DNA from: Candidatus Zapsychrus exili
GTDB lineage: Bacteria > Omnitrophota > Gorgyraeia > Zapsychrales > Zapsychraceae
Direction of reading: 5' to 3'
Assembly (NCBI GenBank): GCA_030765585.1
Contig: JAVCCJ010000015.1
Span: forward strand, 1-37,268
DNA: 37,268 bases
Under the pieces are notes generated by a model. That model ran no database searches. It had not been told where the DNA came from and worked only from the letters and a program-made list of their open reading frames with translations. The position numbers and the translations under genes were made by a program. Positions 19,773 through 29,825 of this stretch are shown here, piece after piece (position 1 is the stretch's first letter; every line of letters starts with the position of its first letter).

Positions 19773-20846
19773 ATGTTACAGAAAATCTTTAAAATTATTT
19801 TAAAATTCTTAAATTATGTTCTTGGACTCTTTTCAAATGATATGGGTATTGATTTAGGAACTGCTACTACTTTAGTATTTGTTAAAGGAGAAGGTGTTGT
19901 TCTGTGCGAGCCGTCTGTTGTTGCTATAGAAAAAGAAACAAACAGAGTTATCGCAGTTGGAGAAGATGCGAAGAAAATGCTTGGAAGGACGCCAGGAAAT
20001 ATTATAGCAATAAGACCTATGAAAGATGGTGTTATTTCTGATTTTGAGATAACAGAGGCTATGCTTAAGTATTTTATAAAGAAGGTTCACAAAAGAAAAG
20101 TTTTGGTACGACCTGCTATGATAATTGCTATTCCATCAGGTATTACGGCAGTTGAAAAAAGAGCAGTTAGGGATTCAGCAGAACGTGCAGGAGCTCGTTC
20201 AGTTGAACTTATTGAAGAGCCGAAAGCTGCTGCAGTTGGTGTTGGTCTTCCCGTTGAAGAACCTGCTGGAAACATGATAATTGATATAGGTGGTGGTACA
20301 ACAGAGTTTGCAGTTATTTCTTTAGGTGGGCTTGTTTATGCAAAATCTATTCGTATAGCAGGAGACGAAATGGATGCTGCTATAATTGAATACTTAAGAA
20401 AAACATATAATTTGATGATTGGAGAAAGAACAGCAGAAGAGATAAAAATAAGAATTGGTTCTGCTTATCCTTTGGAAGAAGAAATTAATATGGATGTTCG
20501 TGGTCGCGATCTTATATCAGGATTGCCTAAAACTATTGCGATAACATCTGTTGAAATACGAGAAGCTTTACAAGATCCAGTTCAAGCCATTGTTGATGCA
20601 TCTAAGTCTACTCTAGAACAAACCCCACCAGAATTATCTGCAGATTTAATTGATCGTGGTATTGTTATGGCAGGCGGTGGTTCTCTTTTAAGAGGATTAG
20701 ACAAAAGAATTTCAGAGGAGACAGGCTTACCAGTTCATATTGCTGATGATCCTTTAACAGCAGTTGTTTTAGGGACAGGCCAAATGTTAAATATGCCTTC
20801 TCGATTAAGAAGAAGAATAATTGTTCCTACAAAATTAGATTTTTAG
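19773..20846 (+). CDS. mreB: Rod shape-determining protein MreB
   Basis: [29 protein letters not shown]-terminal amphipathic extension. Confidence 0.98.
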   Translation: MLQKIFKIILKFLNYVLGLFSNDMGIDLGTATTLVFVKGEGVVLCEPSVVAIEKETNRVIAVGEDAKKMLGRTPGNIIAIRPMKDGVISDFEITEAMLKYFIKKVHKRKVLVRPAMIIAIPSGITAVEKRAVRDSAERAGARSVELIEEPKAAAVGVGLPVEEPAGNMIIDIGGGTTEFAVISLGGLVYAKSIRIAGDEMDAAIIEYLRKTYNLMIGERTAEEIKIRIGSAYPLEEEINMDVRGRDLISGLPKTIAITSVEIREALQDPVQAIVDASKSTLEQTPPELSADLIDRGIVMAGGGSLLRGLDKRISEETGLPVHIADDPLTAVVLGTGQMLNMPSRLRRRIIVPTKLDF

Positions 20847-20882
20847 TTTTGATAGGCAATGTTTTAAAGTGATTTTTATTTT

Positions 20883-20911
20883 GTAGGGAACGGCTTTACG
20901 CCGTTCCCTAC
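20883..20911. repeat. GTAG-type REP-like hairpin or terminator-like stem between mreB and mreC
   Basis: Perfect 12-bp stem GTAGGGAACGGC-TTTAC-GCCGTTCCCTAC followed by a T-rich tract. Confidence 0.7.
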
Positions 20912-20928
20912 TTCTATTTTACCTTGAT

Positions 20929-21714
20929 ATGATTTCTCATAATAAAATTAAAAATTTCGTTTATCTATTAATACTTGTGTTGCCATTCTTTCTATTTTTT
21001 GTCCGCCCAAATTTTTTAAATTCTTTTAAATTAAAATTAGTAGAGATAACAGCTTCTCCAATTAGACTTATATCAATACCGATAAAAGAAGCTAAGAAAA
21101 TACTTTATTATCATCGTACGTTTGACGAATATAAAAAAGTGAAAGCTCAGGCAGATGTTCTTAGCGCAAGACTTATTGGGTTTGAAGAAGTATCAAAAGA
21201 AAATTCTCGACTAGAAAGATTACTTGAATTTAAGAGAAGATCTATATATTCATCGGTTGCGGCAAACGTTGTTGGAAGAAACCCATCTCATTGGAATTCT
21301 TCTATAATTATTGATAAAGGGAGCCGAAATGGCATAAAACAAGGTTTTTCTGTTGTAAATTCTTTAGGAATTGTTGGTAAGGTTTTAGAGGTGTCAGAAA
21401 ATATAAGTAAAGTAATGCTTATTGTTGATCCGCAGTTTAGTGTTGCCGCGCTTGTTCAACGCCCTAGAGAAAGTGGGCTTATTTCAGGGACACTGCAAGG
21501 TATGTGTCGTATGCGTTATTTAAGCGAAGACGTAGAGATACTAGAAGGGGACAAGGTAATAACGTCTAAGCTAAGCTCATCTTTTCCTGAAGGATTGTTG
21601 ATTGGAAAAGTTATTTCGGTAAATCAAAGCCTTCGTGATTCATCGTTAGAATGTATAGTTCAGCCAGCCGTTTCTTTTTCTCAAATTGAAGAAGTTTTAG
21701 TAATAGTTAAATAG
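20929..21714 (+). CDS. mreC: Rod shape-determining protein MreC
   Basis: N-terminal TM, ENSRLERLL, IIDKGSRNGI, FPEGLLIG; position in operon. Confidence 0.93.
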   Translation: MISHNKIKNFVYLLILVLPFFLFFVRPNFLNSFKLKLVEITASPIRLISIPIKEAKKILYYHRTFDEYKKVKAQADVLSARLIGFEEVSKENSRLERLLEFKRRSIYSSVAANVVGRNPSHWNSSIIIDKGSRNGIKQGFSVVNSLGIVGKVLEVSENISKVMLIVDPQFSVAALVQRPRESGLISGTLQGMCRMRYLSEDVEILEGDKVITSKLSSSFPEGLLIGKVISVNQSLRDSSLECIVQPAVSFSQIEEVLVIVK

Positions 21715-21790
21715 CAGGTACTAGATTCTAGCGTCTAGAGTTTTATTGTATTGTAAATTTAAGAACTAATCCTCAGAACTTATTTATATC

Positions 21791-22276
21791 ATGCGCAAAA
21801 TAATTATAATAACCGGTGCTATCTTTGTATTCTTTTTAATTGAATTCTTCTTATTCAATTTTATTGGTAGGTGGATAGTTCCAAATTTTGCTTTGCTTCT
21901 TGTAGTATTCTTTAATCTTTATTGGGGGATAAGGTATGGATTATTCACTGCTGTTTTGGCCGGAACATTACAAGATAGTTTTAGTACTAATCCTTTTGGA
22001 GTTAATTTGTTTACACTTGTTGTTTGTGTTTATGCTACTACTTTCTTAAAACAATACATTTATCATGTAGGATCGTCTACTGCTCGTTTTCTTCTTTTAT
22101 CTATTGTTTGTATTATCAGTATAATAGTGCAATGTTTTTTGCATGTTATGTTAGGTATTGTAGATATCAGACAGACCTTTCAGTATGTTTTAATTCCAGA
22201 AACTCTCACAACACTTATTATTGCAACATATATTTTTGAAAGATTAAAAAAATGCGTCTTAAAATTATACGTATAA
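21791..22276 (+). CDS. mreD: Rod shape-determining protein MreD
   Basis: Hydrophobic 161-aa protein with PNFALL and GTLQD, between mreC and mrdA. Confidence 0.88.
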   Translation: MRKIIIITGAIFVFFLIEFFLFNFIGRWIVPNFALLLVVFFNLYWGIRYGLFTAVLAGTLQDSFSTNPFGVNLFTLVVCVYATTFLKQYIYHVGSSTARFLLLSIVCIISIIVQCFLHVMLGIVDIRQTFQYVLIPETLTTLIIATYIFERLKKCVLKLYV

Positions 22277-23964
22277 TAACAATTATCTTGTTTTTAATAG
22301 TCATCCTTGACTTGTTCTATGTTCAAGCGATTCGTGGACGATATTATTATAATTTAAGCAAAAATAATAGAGTTAGAATTGTGCCTCTTGAAGGGTGGCG
22401 CGGAAGGATTTTTGATAGCACAGGAGAGGTGCTTGCAGATAATATAGTCTCCTTTAATGTAATGATAACTCCTCAGGAGATTAAGAGCAAACAGGAACTT
22501 TTTTCTTTTTTAGCAGATACGCTTGGTATAACTTATAAAAAGATTGAAGAGTTATATAAAAAGAAAAGGTCAACTCCTTTTGCTCCGATTGTTTTAGTAG
22601 AAAATATAGGACGAGAAAAAGCAATAATTTTAGAAGAAGAAAAATATAGGTTTCCAAGTCTTTTTATACAGGAAAGTTTTAGAAGAGTATATCCTAGAGG
22701 GGCAGACACTTCTCATGTTGTTGGTTATGTTGGAAAAATGAATAAACAGAAGATAGAGAGATTTAAAGAGTATGGGTATTCGCCGCAGAGCATTATTGGT
22801 TATTCTGGAATTGAAGAATATTATGATAGTTATTTAAAGGGAGGCTATGGAGGCCTGCAGGTAGAGGTTAATAGTCGTGGAGAGCAGGTTAGATTATTAA
22901 GCTTTAAAGAGCCTGTTAAGGGTCAAGACTTAGAGCTTACTATAGATAGTAGAATGCAAAGAATGGCAGCAGAATCTCTAGACGAAAGGCCAGGCGCTTT
23001 TATTGCTCTTGATGCAGATAGCGGAGAAGTCTTAAGTATGGTTAGTAGCCCAAGTTTCGATCCAAACGTTTTTAAGAAAGCAATATCTAAAAACAGTTTA
23101 AAGGGTTTGTCTTCTAGTAAGTTCTCACCATTCTTAAATCGTGTAATTAAGGGGTTGTTTCCGCCGGGGTCTGTATTTAAAGTTCCAATTGCGATAGCTG
23201 GTCTAGATACAAAGAAAATTACACAGCATAGCTCTTTTAATTGCCTTGGGTTTTATGAGCTCGCAGGAATAAAATTTCGTTGTACACATATCCACAATTA
23301 TCAAAATTTAATTCAGTCATTGGCTCATTCTTGTAATGTTTATTATTATCGTTTAGGTATGATTTTGGGAGCTGATATTATAAGTAAATATGCTAGACTT
23401 TTTTCTTTGGGAAAACTGACGCATATTGATTTGCCTTATGAAGAGAAAGGTTTTGTGTCTAGCCGTCGACATAAAGTATTGCAGGGAAAGAAATGGTATG
23501 CAGGTCATACATTAAACTTTTCGATAGGACAGGGAGACTTATCGACCACTCCTATTCAGCTTACTCGTATGATGGCAACAATTGCGTCTGATGGGATAGA
23601 AGTACAACCGCATATCATAAGAAAGATTGGCGGTAAGTTGGTAGATGACTATAATTCTAAAAGAAAATTAAAAATACAAAAACAAACTTTTGATATTGTT
23701 AAAAAAGGTTTAAGAGAAACAGTGAGATCATTTTCTGGAACAGCTCACATATTAGATATCGAAGGCATATATATTGCAGGAAAAACAGGCACTGCGCAAA
23801 CTTCTGGAAATAAGGAAGATCATGCTTGGTTTGTAGGATACGTTGAAACTTCTAAGAAAAAAATAGCTTTTTGTGTGTTTCTTGAACATGGAGGATCAAG
23901 CCAGAATGCATGCTTAACTGCAAGGCAGATTTTATTAAAAATGAATAGAGAGGGAATAATATAA
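22252..23964 (+). CDS. mrdA: Penicillin-binding protein 2
   Basis: PPGSVFK (SxxK), SCNVYY (SxN), GKTGTAQ. Confidence 0.95.
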   Translation: MRLKIIRIITIILFLIVILDLFYVQAIRGRYYYNLSKNNRVRIVPLEGWRGRIFDSTGEVLADNIVSFNVMITPQEIKSKQELFSFLADTLGITYKKIEELYKKKRSTPFAPIVLVENIGREKAIILEEEKYRFPSLFIQESFRRVYPRGADTSHVVGYVGKMNKQKIERFKEYGYSPQSIIGYSGIEEYYDSYLKGGYGGLQVEVNSRGEQVRLLSFKEPVKGQDLELTIDSRMQRMAAESLDERPGAFIALDADSGEVLSMVSSPSFDPNVFKKAISKNSLKGLSSSKFSPFLNRVIKGLFPPGSVFKVPIAIAGLDTKKITQHSSFNCLGFYELAGIKFRCTHIHNYQNLIQSLAHSCNVYYYRLGMILGADIISKYARLFSLGKLTHIDLPYEEKGFVSSRRHKVLQGKKWYAGHTLNFSIGQGDLSTTPIQLTRMMATIASDGIEVQPHIIRKIGGKLVDDYNSKRKLKIQKQTFDIVKKGLRETVRSFSGTAHILDIEGIYIAGKTGTAQTSGNKEDHAWFVGYVETSKKKIAFCVFLEHGGSSQNACLTARQILLKMNREGII

Positions 23965-23966
23965 TT

Positions 23967-25073
23967 ATGCGTCGAGATTTGGGGGATAAAATTTGGTTCT
24001 TTCTTGTTGCAATTATATTTGTAGGATTGGTTGCTTTATATAGTGCGTCTTGCGATAATGTTCGTGTTGCGCAAAATATTTTTTATAATCAATTTATATT
24101 TGCTGTCTTTTGTCTTTTTGTTATGTATATTTTGCAAAATATAGATTATAGAAAGTTTTATGATGTAGCGTATTTACTTTATATTTTTAATGTCTTGCTT
24201 CTTATATGGGTTCTTATTGCCGGAAAGTATACTCTTGGAGCTAAAAGATGGATTCAAATAGGTGCTTTAAATTTTCAACCATCAGAATTTATGAAATTGT
24301 CTTTAATATTAACTTTAGGGCGTTATTTTAGCAAAAGAAGAGCGAACATTTCTTTTGGACTATTAAATAAGACACAACTTTTGTGTAGAGATATTTTAAT
24401 ACCATTTTTTATTACAATTGTGCCAATGTTTATTATTTTTAAACAGCCTGACTTGGGGACAGCTTTGCTATTGTTTGGCATATTTCTTGCTATGCTTTTT
24501 GTTAGCGGTTTAGAATATAGATACATTTTTTCATTTTTAGGAATATGTTTAGGCGTACTTCCTTTTGCGTGGAATGTATTAAAACAGTATCAAAAAGACA
24601 GATTGCTAGTATTTCTTAATCCCAACATTGATCCATTGGGTGCAGGGTATACTATTATCCAATCTAAAATAGCAATTGGATCAGGTCAAATATTTGGTAA
24701 AGGTTGGCTTGCTGGTACACAAAACCAATTGAATTTCTTACCAGAAAGGCATACAGATTTTATATTTTCTGTAATAGGCGAAGAGTGGGGGCTTTTAGGA
24801 GCGATCTTAACAGTTTGTTTGTATTTCTTTTTAATTATGCATTGTCTTAATATAGCAAGTCAGGTTAAAGATAGATTCGGAACAATAGTTGCAGTTGGAA
24901 TGGCCTCAATTCTTACATTACAGGTTGTTATTAATGTTGGTATGGTTATGGGGTTATTCCCGATTGTTGGCTTAACACTTCCGTTTATAAGCTATGGTCG
25001 TTCTTCGTTTTTAGTTTTTATAATTATGATAGGATTTTTGCTGAATTTAAGCAAAAGAAGGACAATATTTTAG
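23967..25073 (+). CDS. rodA: Rod shape-determining protein RodA (SEDS family)
   Basis: GAKRWI, QPSEFMK, QPDLGT, FLPERHTDFIF, LPFISYG. Confidence 0.95.
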   Translation: MRRDLGDKIWFFLVAIIFVGLVALYSASCDNVRVAQNIFYNQFIFAVFCLFVMYILQNIDYRKFYDVAYLLYIFNVLLLIWVLIAGKYTLGAKRWIQIGALNFQPSEFMKLSLILTLGRYFSKRRANISFGLLNKTQLLCRDILIPFFITIVPMFIIFKQPDLGTALLLFGIFLAMLFVSGLEYRYIFSFLGICLGVLPFAWNVLKQYQKDRLLVFLNPNIDPLGAGYTIIQSKIAIGSGQIFGKGWLAGTQNQLNFLPERHTDFIFSVIGEEWGLLGAILTVCLYFFLIMHCLNIASQVKDRFGTIVAVGMASILTLQVVINVGMVMGLFPIVGLTLPFISYGRSSFLVFIIMIGFLLNLSKRRTIF

Positions 25074-25186
25074 GGCAGGTTTATAGGACATAGCTGAGCT
25101 TTAAGAAATTAGTGTTTGTTAAGTTAATATAAGTATAGTATATTACTTATATTAAATAATATTTATAGTATTATTAGAGTGAAATT

Positions 25187-25633
25187 ATGGAAAGATTTAA
25201 AAGAACATCTAACAAACAATTGGGAGAACTCCTTATTGAGCGCGGCGTTATTACTCGCGAACAATTGAAGGTTGCTATTGATAAACAAAAGCAACAAAAA
25301 GGAGGTCTTATTGGTGAAATTCTTGTTAATTTGAATTTTGCTACAGAAAAGGATATTGCTCAGGTTCTTACCTGTCAGTATGGATTTCCGTATCTTCCTT
25401 TGTCTAATTATGATATTGATCAGGAAGTGATTAGTTCTGTTCCAGAAAACGTTTGTCAAAAACATTGTTTAATTCCAATCGATAAAATTGGAAAAAGTCT
25501 CACGCTTGCTATGGCTAACCCTCTTAATGTACAAGCTTCAGAAGATGTTGAATTGGTTACAGGTTGTATTGTACAAATTTTTGTTAGTACAGCAACAGAA
25601 GTGCAGCAGGCAATAGATAAGTATTATAAATAA
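25187..25633 (+). CDS. Stand-alone MshEN/T2SSE_N-domain protein
   Basis: LGELLIERGVITREQLKVAIDKQ and IGEILV repeats, LAMANPLN; no ATPase domain. Confidence 0.85.
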   Translation: MERFKRTSNKQLGELLIERGVITREQLKVAIDKQKQQKGGLIGEILVNLNFATEKDIAQVLTCQYGFPYLPLSNYDIDQEVISSVPENVCQKHCLIPIDKIGKSLTLAMANPLNVQASEDVELVTGCIVQIFVSTATEVQQAIDKYYK

Positions 25634-25736
25634 TAAACCCTAAACCCTAAACGCGAAATCCTAAATAAACACAAAGTATAAAATTAAAATTATTTAAAGT
25701 TTTATTGTTTTGATTTTGTTTAGTGTTTAGGATTTT
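25634..25736. repeat. Heptamer tandem repeats with an inverted partner and no gene between
   Basis: TAAACCC TAAACCC TAAACGC GAAATCC TAAATAA ... GTTTAGTGTTTAGGATTTT. Confidence 0.6.
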
Positions 25737-25745
25737 ATTCCAAAT

Positions 25746-27491
25746 ATGTCTTCCCTTAAAGAACGCCTACAAAATATACTTCTTCGTGATAAGTTAATTT
25801 CTCCTGAGGATCTTGATATCGCTCTTGCTGCTCAAAAAGAAACAGGTGGAGAACTTAGCAAAATACTTTCCCAGCTTAATCTTATTGATCAAGATACATT
25901 GTCTCAGGCTTTAAGTGAGGGCCTAGGCTTACCCCCAATAAATATTTCCCGTCTTTCTGTTGATCCAAAAGTTATTGGTATCATTCCTTATGAAATTGCT
26001 CAGAAGTATAAGATTATGCCAATCTCTTTATTAGGTGATCAACTTACATTAGCTATGGCTGATCCGCTTAATATTTTTGTAATAGACAATGTTAAAGCAT
26101 TGACTGGTTTTACGATAGTTCCAATCATAGGTCGTACAAAAGATTTAGAAGAGGCTATTAGAAAATATTATGAAGAAGGTGCAGATGATGGTGATTCAGA
26201 TGAGAAATTTAATGAAATTATTCAAGACATCAAAAGCGTTGAAGATTTAGAACTGGTGTCTGAATCTGGTTTGGGAGGGTCTACAGAAGTTGTTGGCGAA
26301 ATTTTAGAAGAAGCTCCTATCATTAGATTAACAGACACAATAATACAGCAGGCAGTATTAGCTAAGGCTAGTGATGTTTTTATAGAACCTCTAGAAAAAA
26401 CGCTTCGTATTCGATATAGAATTGATGGTCTTATTCGAGAAATTGATAAAATGCAAAAATTCTTGCATGCTCCAATTGTCTCAAGAATAAAGGTCATATC
26501 TAATTTAGATATATCCGAACATCGTCTTCCACAAGATGGAAGATTTAAAACAGTGACTTCTGGTAAATCTGCGGTTGATTTTCGTGTTTCTGTTTTACCT
26601 ACAGTGTTTGGGGAAAAAATTGTTTTAAGGGTTTTAGATCAGCAAGGAACTGTTTTAGATGTTGATAAATTGGGATTTGAACCCGAATCATTAAAAAGAC
26701 TTAAAGCCTGTGCTATTAAACCTCATGGTTTGATTCTGGCTTGTGGACCAACAGGGTCTGGTAAAACAACAACACTTTATTCAATATTAAAATATATAGA
26801 TTCTCCAGATAAAAATATTGTAACTGTTGAGGATCCTGTTGAGTATCAATTTAAAGGAGCAAATCAGGTAAACATTAAACCATCTATGGGTTTGACTTTT
26901 TCGGCTAGTCTTCGTTCTATTTTGCGTCAAGATCCTGATGTTATTATGATAGGTGAAATTCGCGATAAAGAAACTTTAGATATAGCTGTTAAAGCAGCTT
27001 TGACAGGACATTTGGTTTTAAGTTCTTTGCATACTACAACTGCAGCAGGATCAATTGTACGTATGACAAATATGGGTATAGAACCATTTTTAATCTGCTC
27101 ATCTGTGCTTGTCATAGTCGCGCAAAGGCTTCTTCGTAAAATTTGTCCTAAGTGCAAAGAAGAATATACTTTATCAGAAGATGTTGCGAAAAAAATAGGT
27201 TTAACAAAAATATCGAAAAAGAAGACACACAAATTATATAGAGGAAAAGGATGTAAACATTGTTTTGATATAGGATACAAAGGTAGAGTGGGAATTACAG
27301 AAGTACTTATTCTTACAAACAGAATAAAAGAATTAATTTTGTCTGGAGCAAGTGAGGCAAGAATAAAGCAGACTGCAAGAAAAGAAGGAATGAAGACAAT
27401 GAGAGAAGATGGCTTGGCAAAGACGTTAGAAGACTTAACGACTCCAGAAGAAGTAATGAGAGTAACAGCTCCTGATGAGGAATTAAAATAA
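25746..27491 (+). CDS. pilB: Type IV pilus / T2SS assembly ATPase (PilB/GspE family), copy 1
   Basis: ASDVFIEP, RLPQDGR, GPTGSGKTT, TVEDPVE, LRQDPDVIMIGEIRD, TGHLVLSSLH, four-Cys zinc motif. Confidence 0.92.
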   Translation: MSSLKERLQNILLRDKLISPEDLDIALAAQKETGGELSKILSQLNLIDQDTLSQALSEGLGLPPINISRLSVDPKVIGIIPYEIAQKYKIMPISLLGDQLTLAMADPLNIFVIDNVKALTGFTIVPIIGRTKDLEEAIRKYYEEGADDGDSDEKFNEIIQDIKSVEDLELVSESGLGGSTEVVGEILEEAPIIRLTDTIIQQAVLAKASDVFIEPLEKTLRIRYRIDGLIREIDKMQKFLHAPIVSRIKVISNLDISEHRLPQDGRFKTVTSGKSAVDFRVSVLPTVFGEKIVLRVLDQQGTVLDVDKLGFEPESLKRLKACAIKPHGLILACGPTGSGKTTTLYSILKYIDSPDKNIVTVEDPVEYQFKGANQVNIKPSMGLTFSASLRSILRQDPDVIMIGEIRDKETLDIAVKAALTGHLVLSSLHTTTAAGSIVRMTNMGIEPFLICSSVLVIVAQRLLRKICPKCKEEYTLSEDVAKKIGLTKISKKKTHKLYRGKGCKHCFDIGYKGRVGITEVLILTNRIKELILSGASEARIKQTARKEGMKTMREDGLAKTLEDLTTPEEVMRVTAPDEELK

Positions 27492-27519
27492 TAACAAGAA
27501 TGAAGTCTTACAATTTACT

Positions 27520-29232
27520 ATGCGATCAAGAAATCTAAAAGAAGAAGCTATACAAAATTTAATTAAGGCTCAGAAAATAAAGAAAGAAGACTTTAATAGA
27601 GCTGTAGCTTTGCAAAAGAAAAAAGGTATTAGCTTAGATAAGGCTTTAATAGAAGAGGGGTTGATAAAAGAAGAGGACGTGTTGATGTCTCTTGTGAAAG
27701 AACTCAATGTTCCTTTTATTAATCTTAATAAGTATAAAATAGATCCAGATCTTAAGGATTTGGTTTCTCAGAAAGTTGCTAGACAATATAAGATAGTTCC
27801 TGTTTCATGTCTTGGAGATACTTTAACAATAGCAATATCAAATCCTTTAAATGTTTTTGTTATTGATGATTTAAAGAATATTACAGGAAAGCAAGTAGAA
27901 TTAGTAATGACGACAGAGTCAGAAATTCTAAAAGCTGTTGAGAATTATTATGAATTTAAATCAGAGACAAGTGTAACAGATATCAGCAAAGATATTGATA
28001 GTGAAGATTTTGAAATTGTTATTTCGCAAGACGATGAAGAAGCTGTAGGAAGCGGCGCTGTTAATGAAAGTGAAAAGGCTCCTATTATCAGAATGGTTAA
28101 TTTGATAATAGAGGAGGCTCTTAAACAAAGGGCGTCGGATATTCATATTGAACCTACAGCAGAGGGTGTGCGTGTTCGTTATCGTATTGATGGAGCTTTA
28201 AGAGATATTTTAGAGGTTCCTAAAGAAAATCAGAATGCAATAGTTGTAAGAATTAAGATTATGTCACGTTTAGATATAACAATGAGCCAAATTCCTCAGG
28301 ATGGAAGGTTTAAGTTAAAGATTTCTGGTAAGGAAATAGATTTCCGTGTATCACTTCTTCCTACTACATTTGGTCAAAAAGTTGTTATGCGTATTTTAGA
28401 TAAAAGAAATTTATCGGTTGGATTAAATGGATTAGGTTTCGGTAAAAAAGATTTAAAAACTTTTGAAAGCTCAATATATAAACCATTTGGTATGATTTTG
28501 GTTACAGGACCAACAGGATCTGGAAAATCAACGACTCTTTATTCTATTATAAGCGAGTTAAATACGGTAGAGAGAAATATTATTACTGTAGAAGACCCTG
28601 TTGAGTATTTAATAGAAGGCCTTACACAAATTCAGGCAAGGCCAGAGATAGGATTAACATTTGCAGAGGGTTTGCGTTCTATTTTGCGTCAAAGTCCTGA
28701 TGTTGTTATGGTAGGTGAGATTCGCGACAATGAGACTGCAGACATTGCTATCAAGGCGTCTTTAACTGGACAGTTGGTTTTATCAACACTACATACAAAT
28801 GATGCTGCAGGAGCTTTAACTAGACTTGTTGATATGGGAGTAGAACCTTTTTTAGTAGGCTCTAGTTTGGTTTTGGTTACTGCTCAAAGGCTTTGCAGAA
28901 AAATATGTTCTAACTGCAAAGAATCTTTTGATGTTGACGACAAGATCCGAAAACAGTTTAAATATAAATTTAAAACTAAGGCAGTTTTATATAGAGGAAA
29001 AGGATGCAGCGCTTGTAATGATACTGGATATATGGGTAGAGTTGGAATAACAGAGATATTGGAAATTGACGACACTATTCGTGAGATGCTTATAAATGGA
29101 GATTCATCAGATCAGATTAAAGAATATGCGATGAAAGAGAAAAATATGACAACATTATGGTCAGATGCTATGGATAAGTGTGTTTCTGGTACGATAACAT
29201 TAGAAGAAGTATTAAGAGTTACGTCAGAATAA
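27520..29232 (+). CDS. pilB: Type IV pilus / T2SS assembly ATPase (PilB/GspE family), copy 2
   Basis: ASDIHIEP, PQDGR, GPTGSGKST, LRQSPDVVMVGEIRD, four-Cys zinc motif. Confidence 0.92.
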   Translation: MRSRNLKEEAIQNLIKAQKIKKEDFNRAVALQKKKGISLDKALIEEGLIKEEDVLMSLVKELNVPFINLNKYKIDPDLKDLVSQKVARQYKIVPVSCLGDTLTIAISNPLNVFVIDDLKNITGKQVELVMTTESEILKAVENYYEFKSETSVTDISKDIDSEDFEIVISQDDEEAVGSGAVNESEKAPIIRMVNLIIEEALKQRASDIHIEPTAEGVRVRYRIDGALRDILEVPKENQNAIVVRIKIMSRLDITMSQIPQDGRFKLKISGKEIDFRVSLLPTTFGQKVVMRILDKRNLSVGLNGLGFGKKDLKTFESSIYKPFGMILVTGPTGSGKSTTLYSIISELNTVERNIITVEDPVEYLIEGLTQIQARPEIGLTFAEGLRSILRQSPDVVMVGEIRDNETADIAIKASLTGQLVLSTLHTNDAAGALTRLVDMGVEPFLVGSSLVLVTAQRLCRKICSNCKESFDVDDKIRKQFKYKFKTKAVLYRGKGCSACNDTGYMGRVGITEILEIDDTIREMLINGDSSDQIKEYAMKEKNMTTLWSDAMDKCVSGTITLEEVLRVTSE

Positions 29233-29357
29233 TTTTATGTTGTGTATGTGTTTTATAAGTTAGATTTTTATTTAAAGGTCATTTTCTTGTTTTAAACAAT
29301 TGTTTTAATGGTAGAATAAAATATAATTTAAATAATAAAATTAAAAGCTTTAAAAAT

Positions 29358-29807
29358 ATGTGTTTTGAGAAAAAACAAACTATACCCAAGAAAGAGCTTT
29401 TGGGGGAAATATTAGTAAAGAGAGATTTGGTTTCGCGTGAGCAATTAGACAAGGCTCTTGAAATACAAAAAGAAGAAAGTCGCTATATAGGAGATGTTCT
29501 AGTCCAACATGGGTTTGTAGAAGAAAAAGATATTGTTGTAGCTTTAGTTGTACAATGTAATTTGCCGTACATAGCAATTGATCAATATGATATAGATAAA
29601 AATATTGTTAATATTATTCCAAAAGATGTTGCCATAGGATCTAATATTATTGCGCTTGAACAAGTAGGAGATGTGTTAAGCGTTGTTATGGCAAATCCTT
29701 TAGACCTTGTTTTAAGAAAGAATTTGGAAAAAGTAACTAAGTTAAAGATAGCTCCTTTTATTGCAACAAGAAATGAAATTAATAAAGCAATAGAGAAATC
29801 TTATTAA
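29358..29807 (+). CDS. Stand-alone MshEN/T2SSE_N-domain protein, paralog of 25187..25633
   Basis: LGEILVKRDLVSREQLDKALEIQ..IGDVLVQHG, LPYI, VMANPLD. Confidence 0.85.
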   Translation: MCFEKKQTIPKKELLGEILVKRDLVSREQLDKALEIQKEESRYIGDVLVQHGFVEEKDIVVALVVQCNLPYIAIDQYDIDKNIVNIIPKDVAIGSNIIALEQVGDVLSVVMANPLDLVLRKNLEKVTKLKIAPFIATRNEINKAIEKSY

Positions 29808-29825
29808 GATAGGAGACAAAATATT

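Noticed and set aside
25634..25654. Plant telomere-like TAAACCC repeats suggesting contamination
   Set aside because: Only two exact units, embedded in a continuous bacterial operon and paired with an inverted partner.
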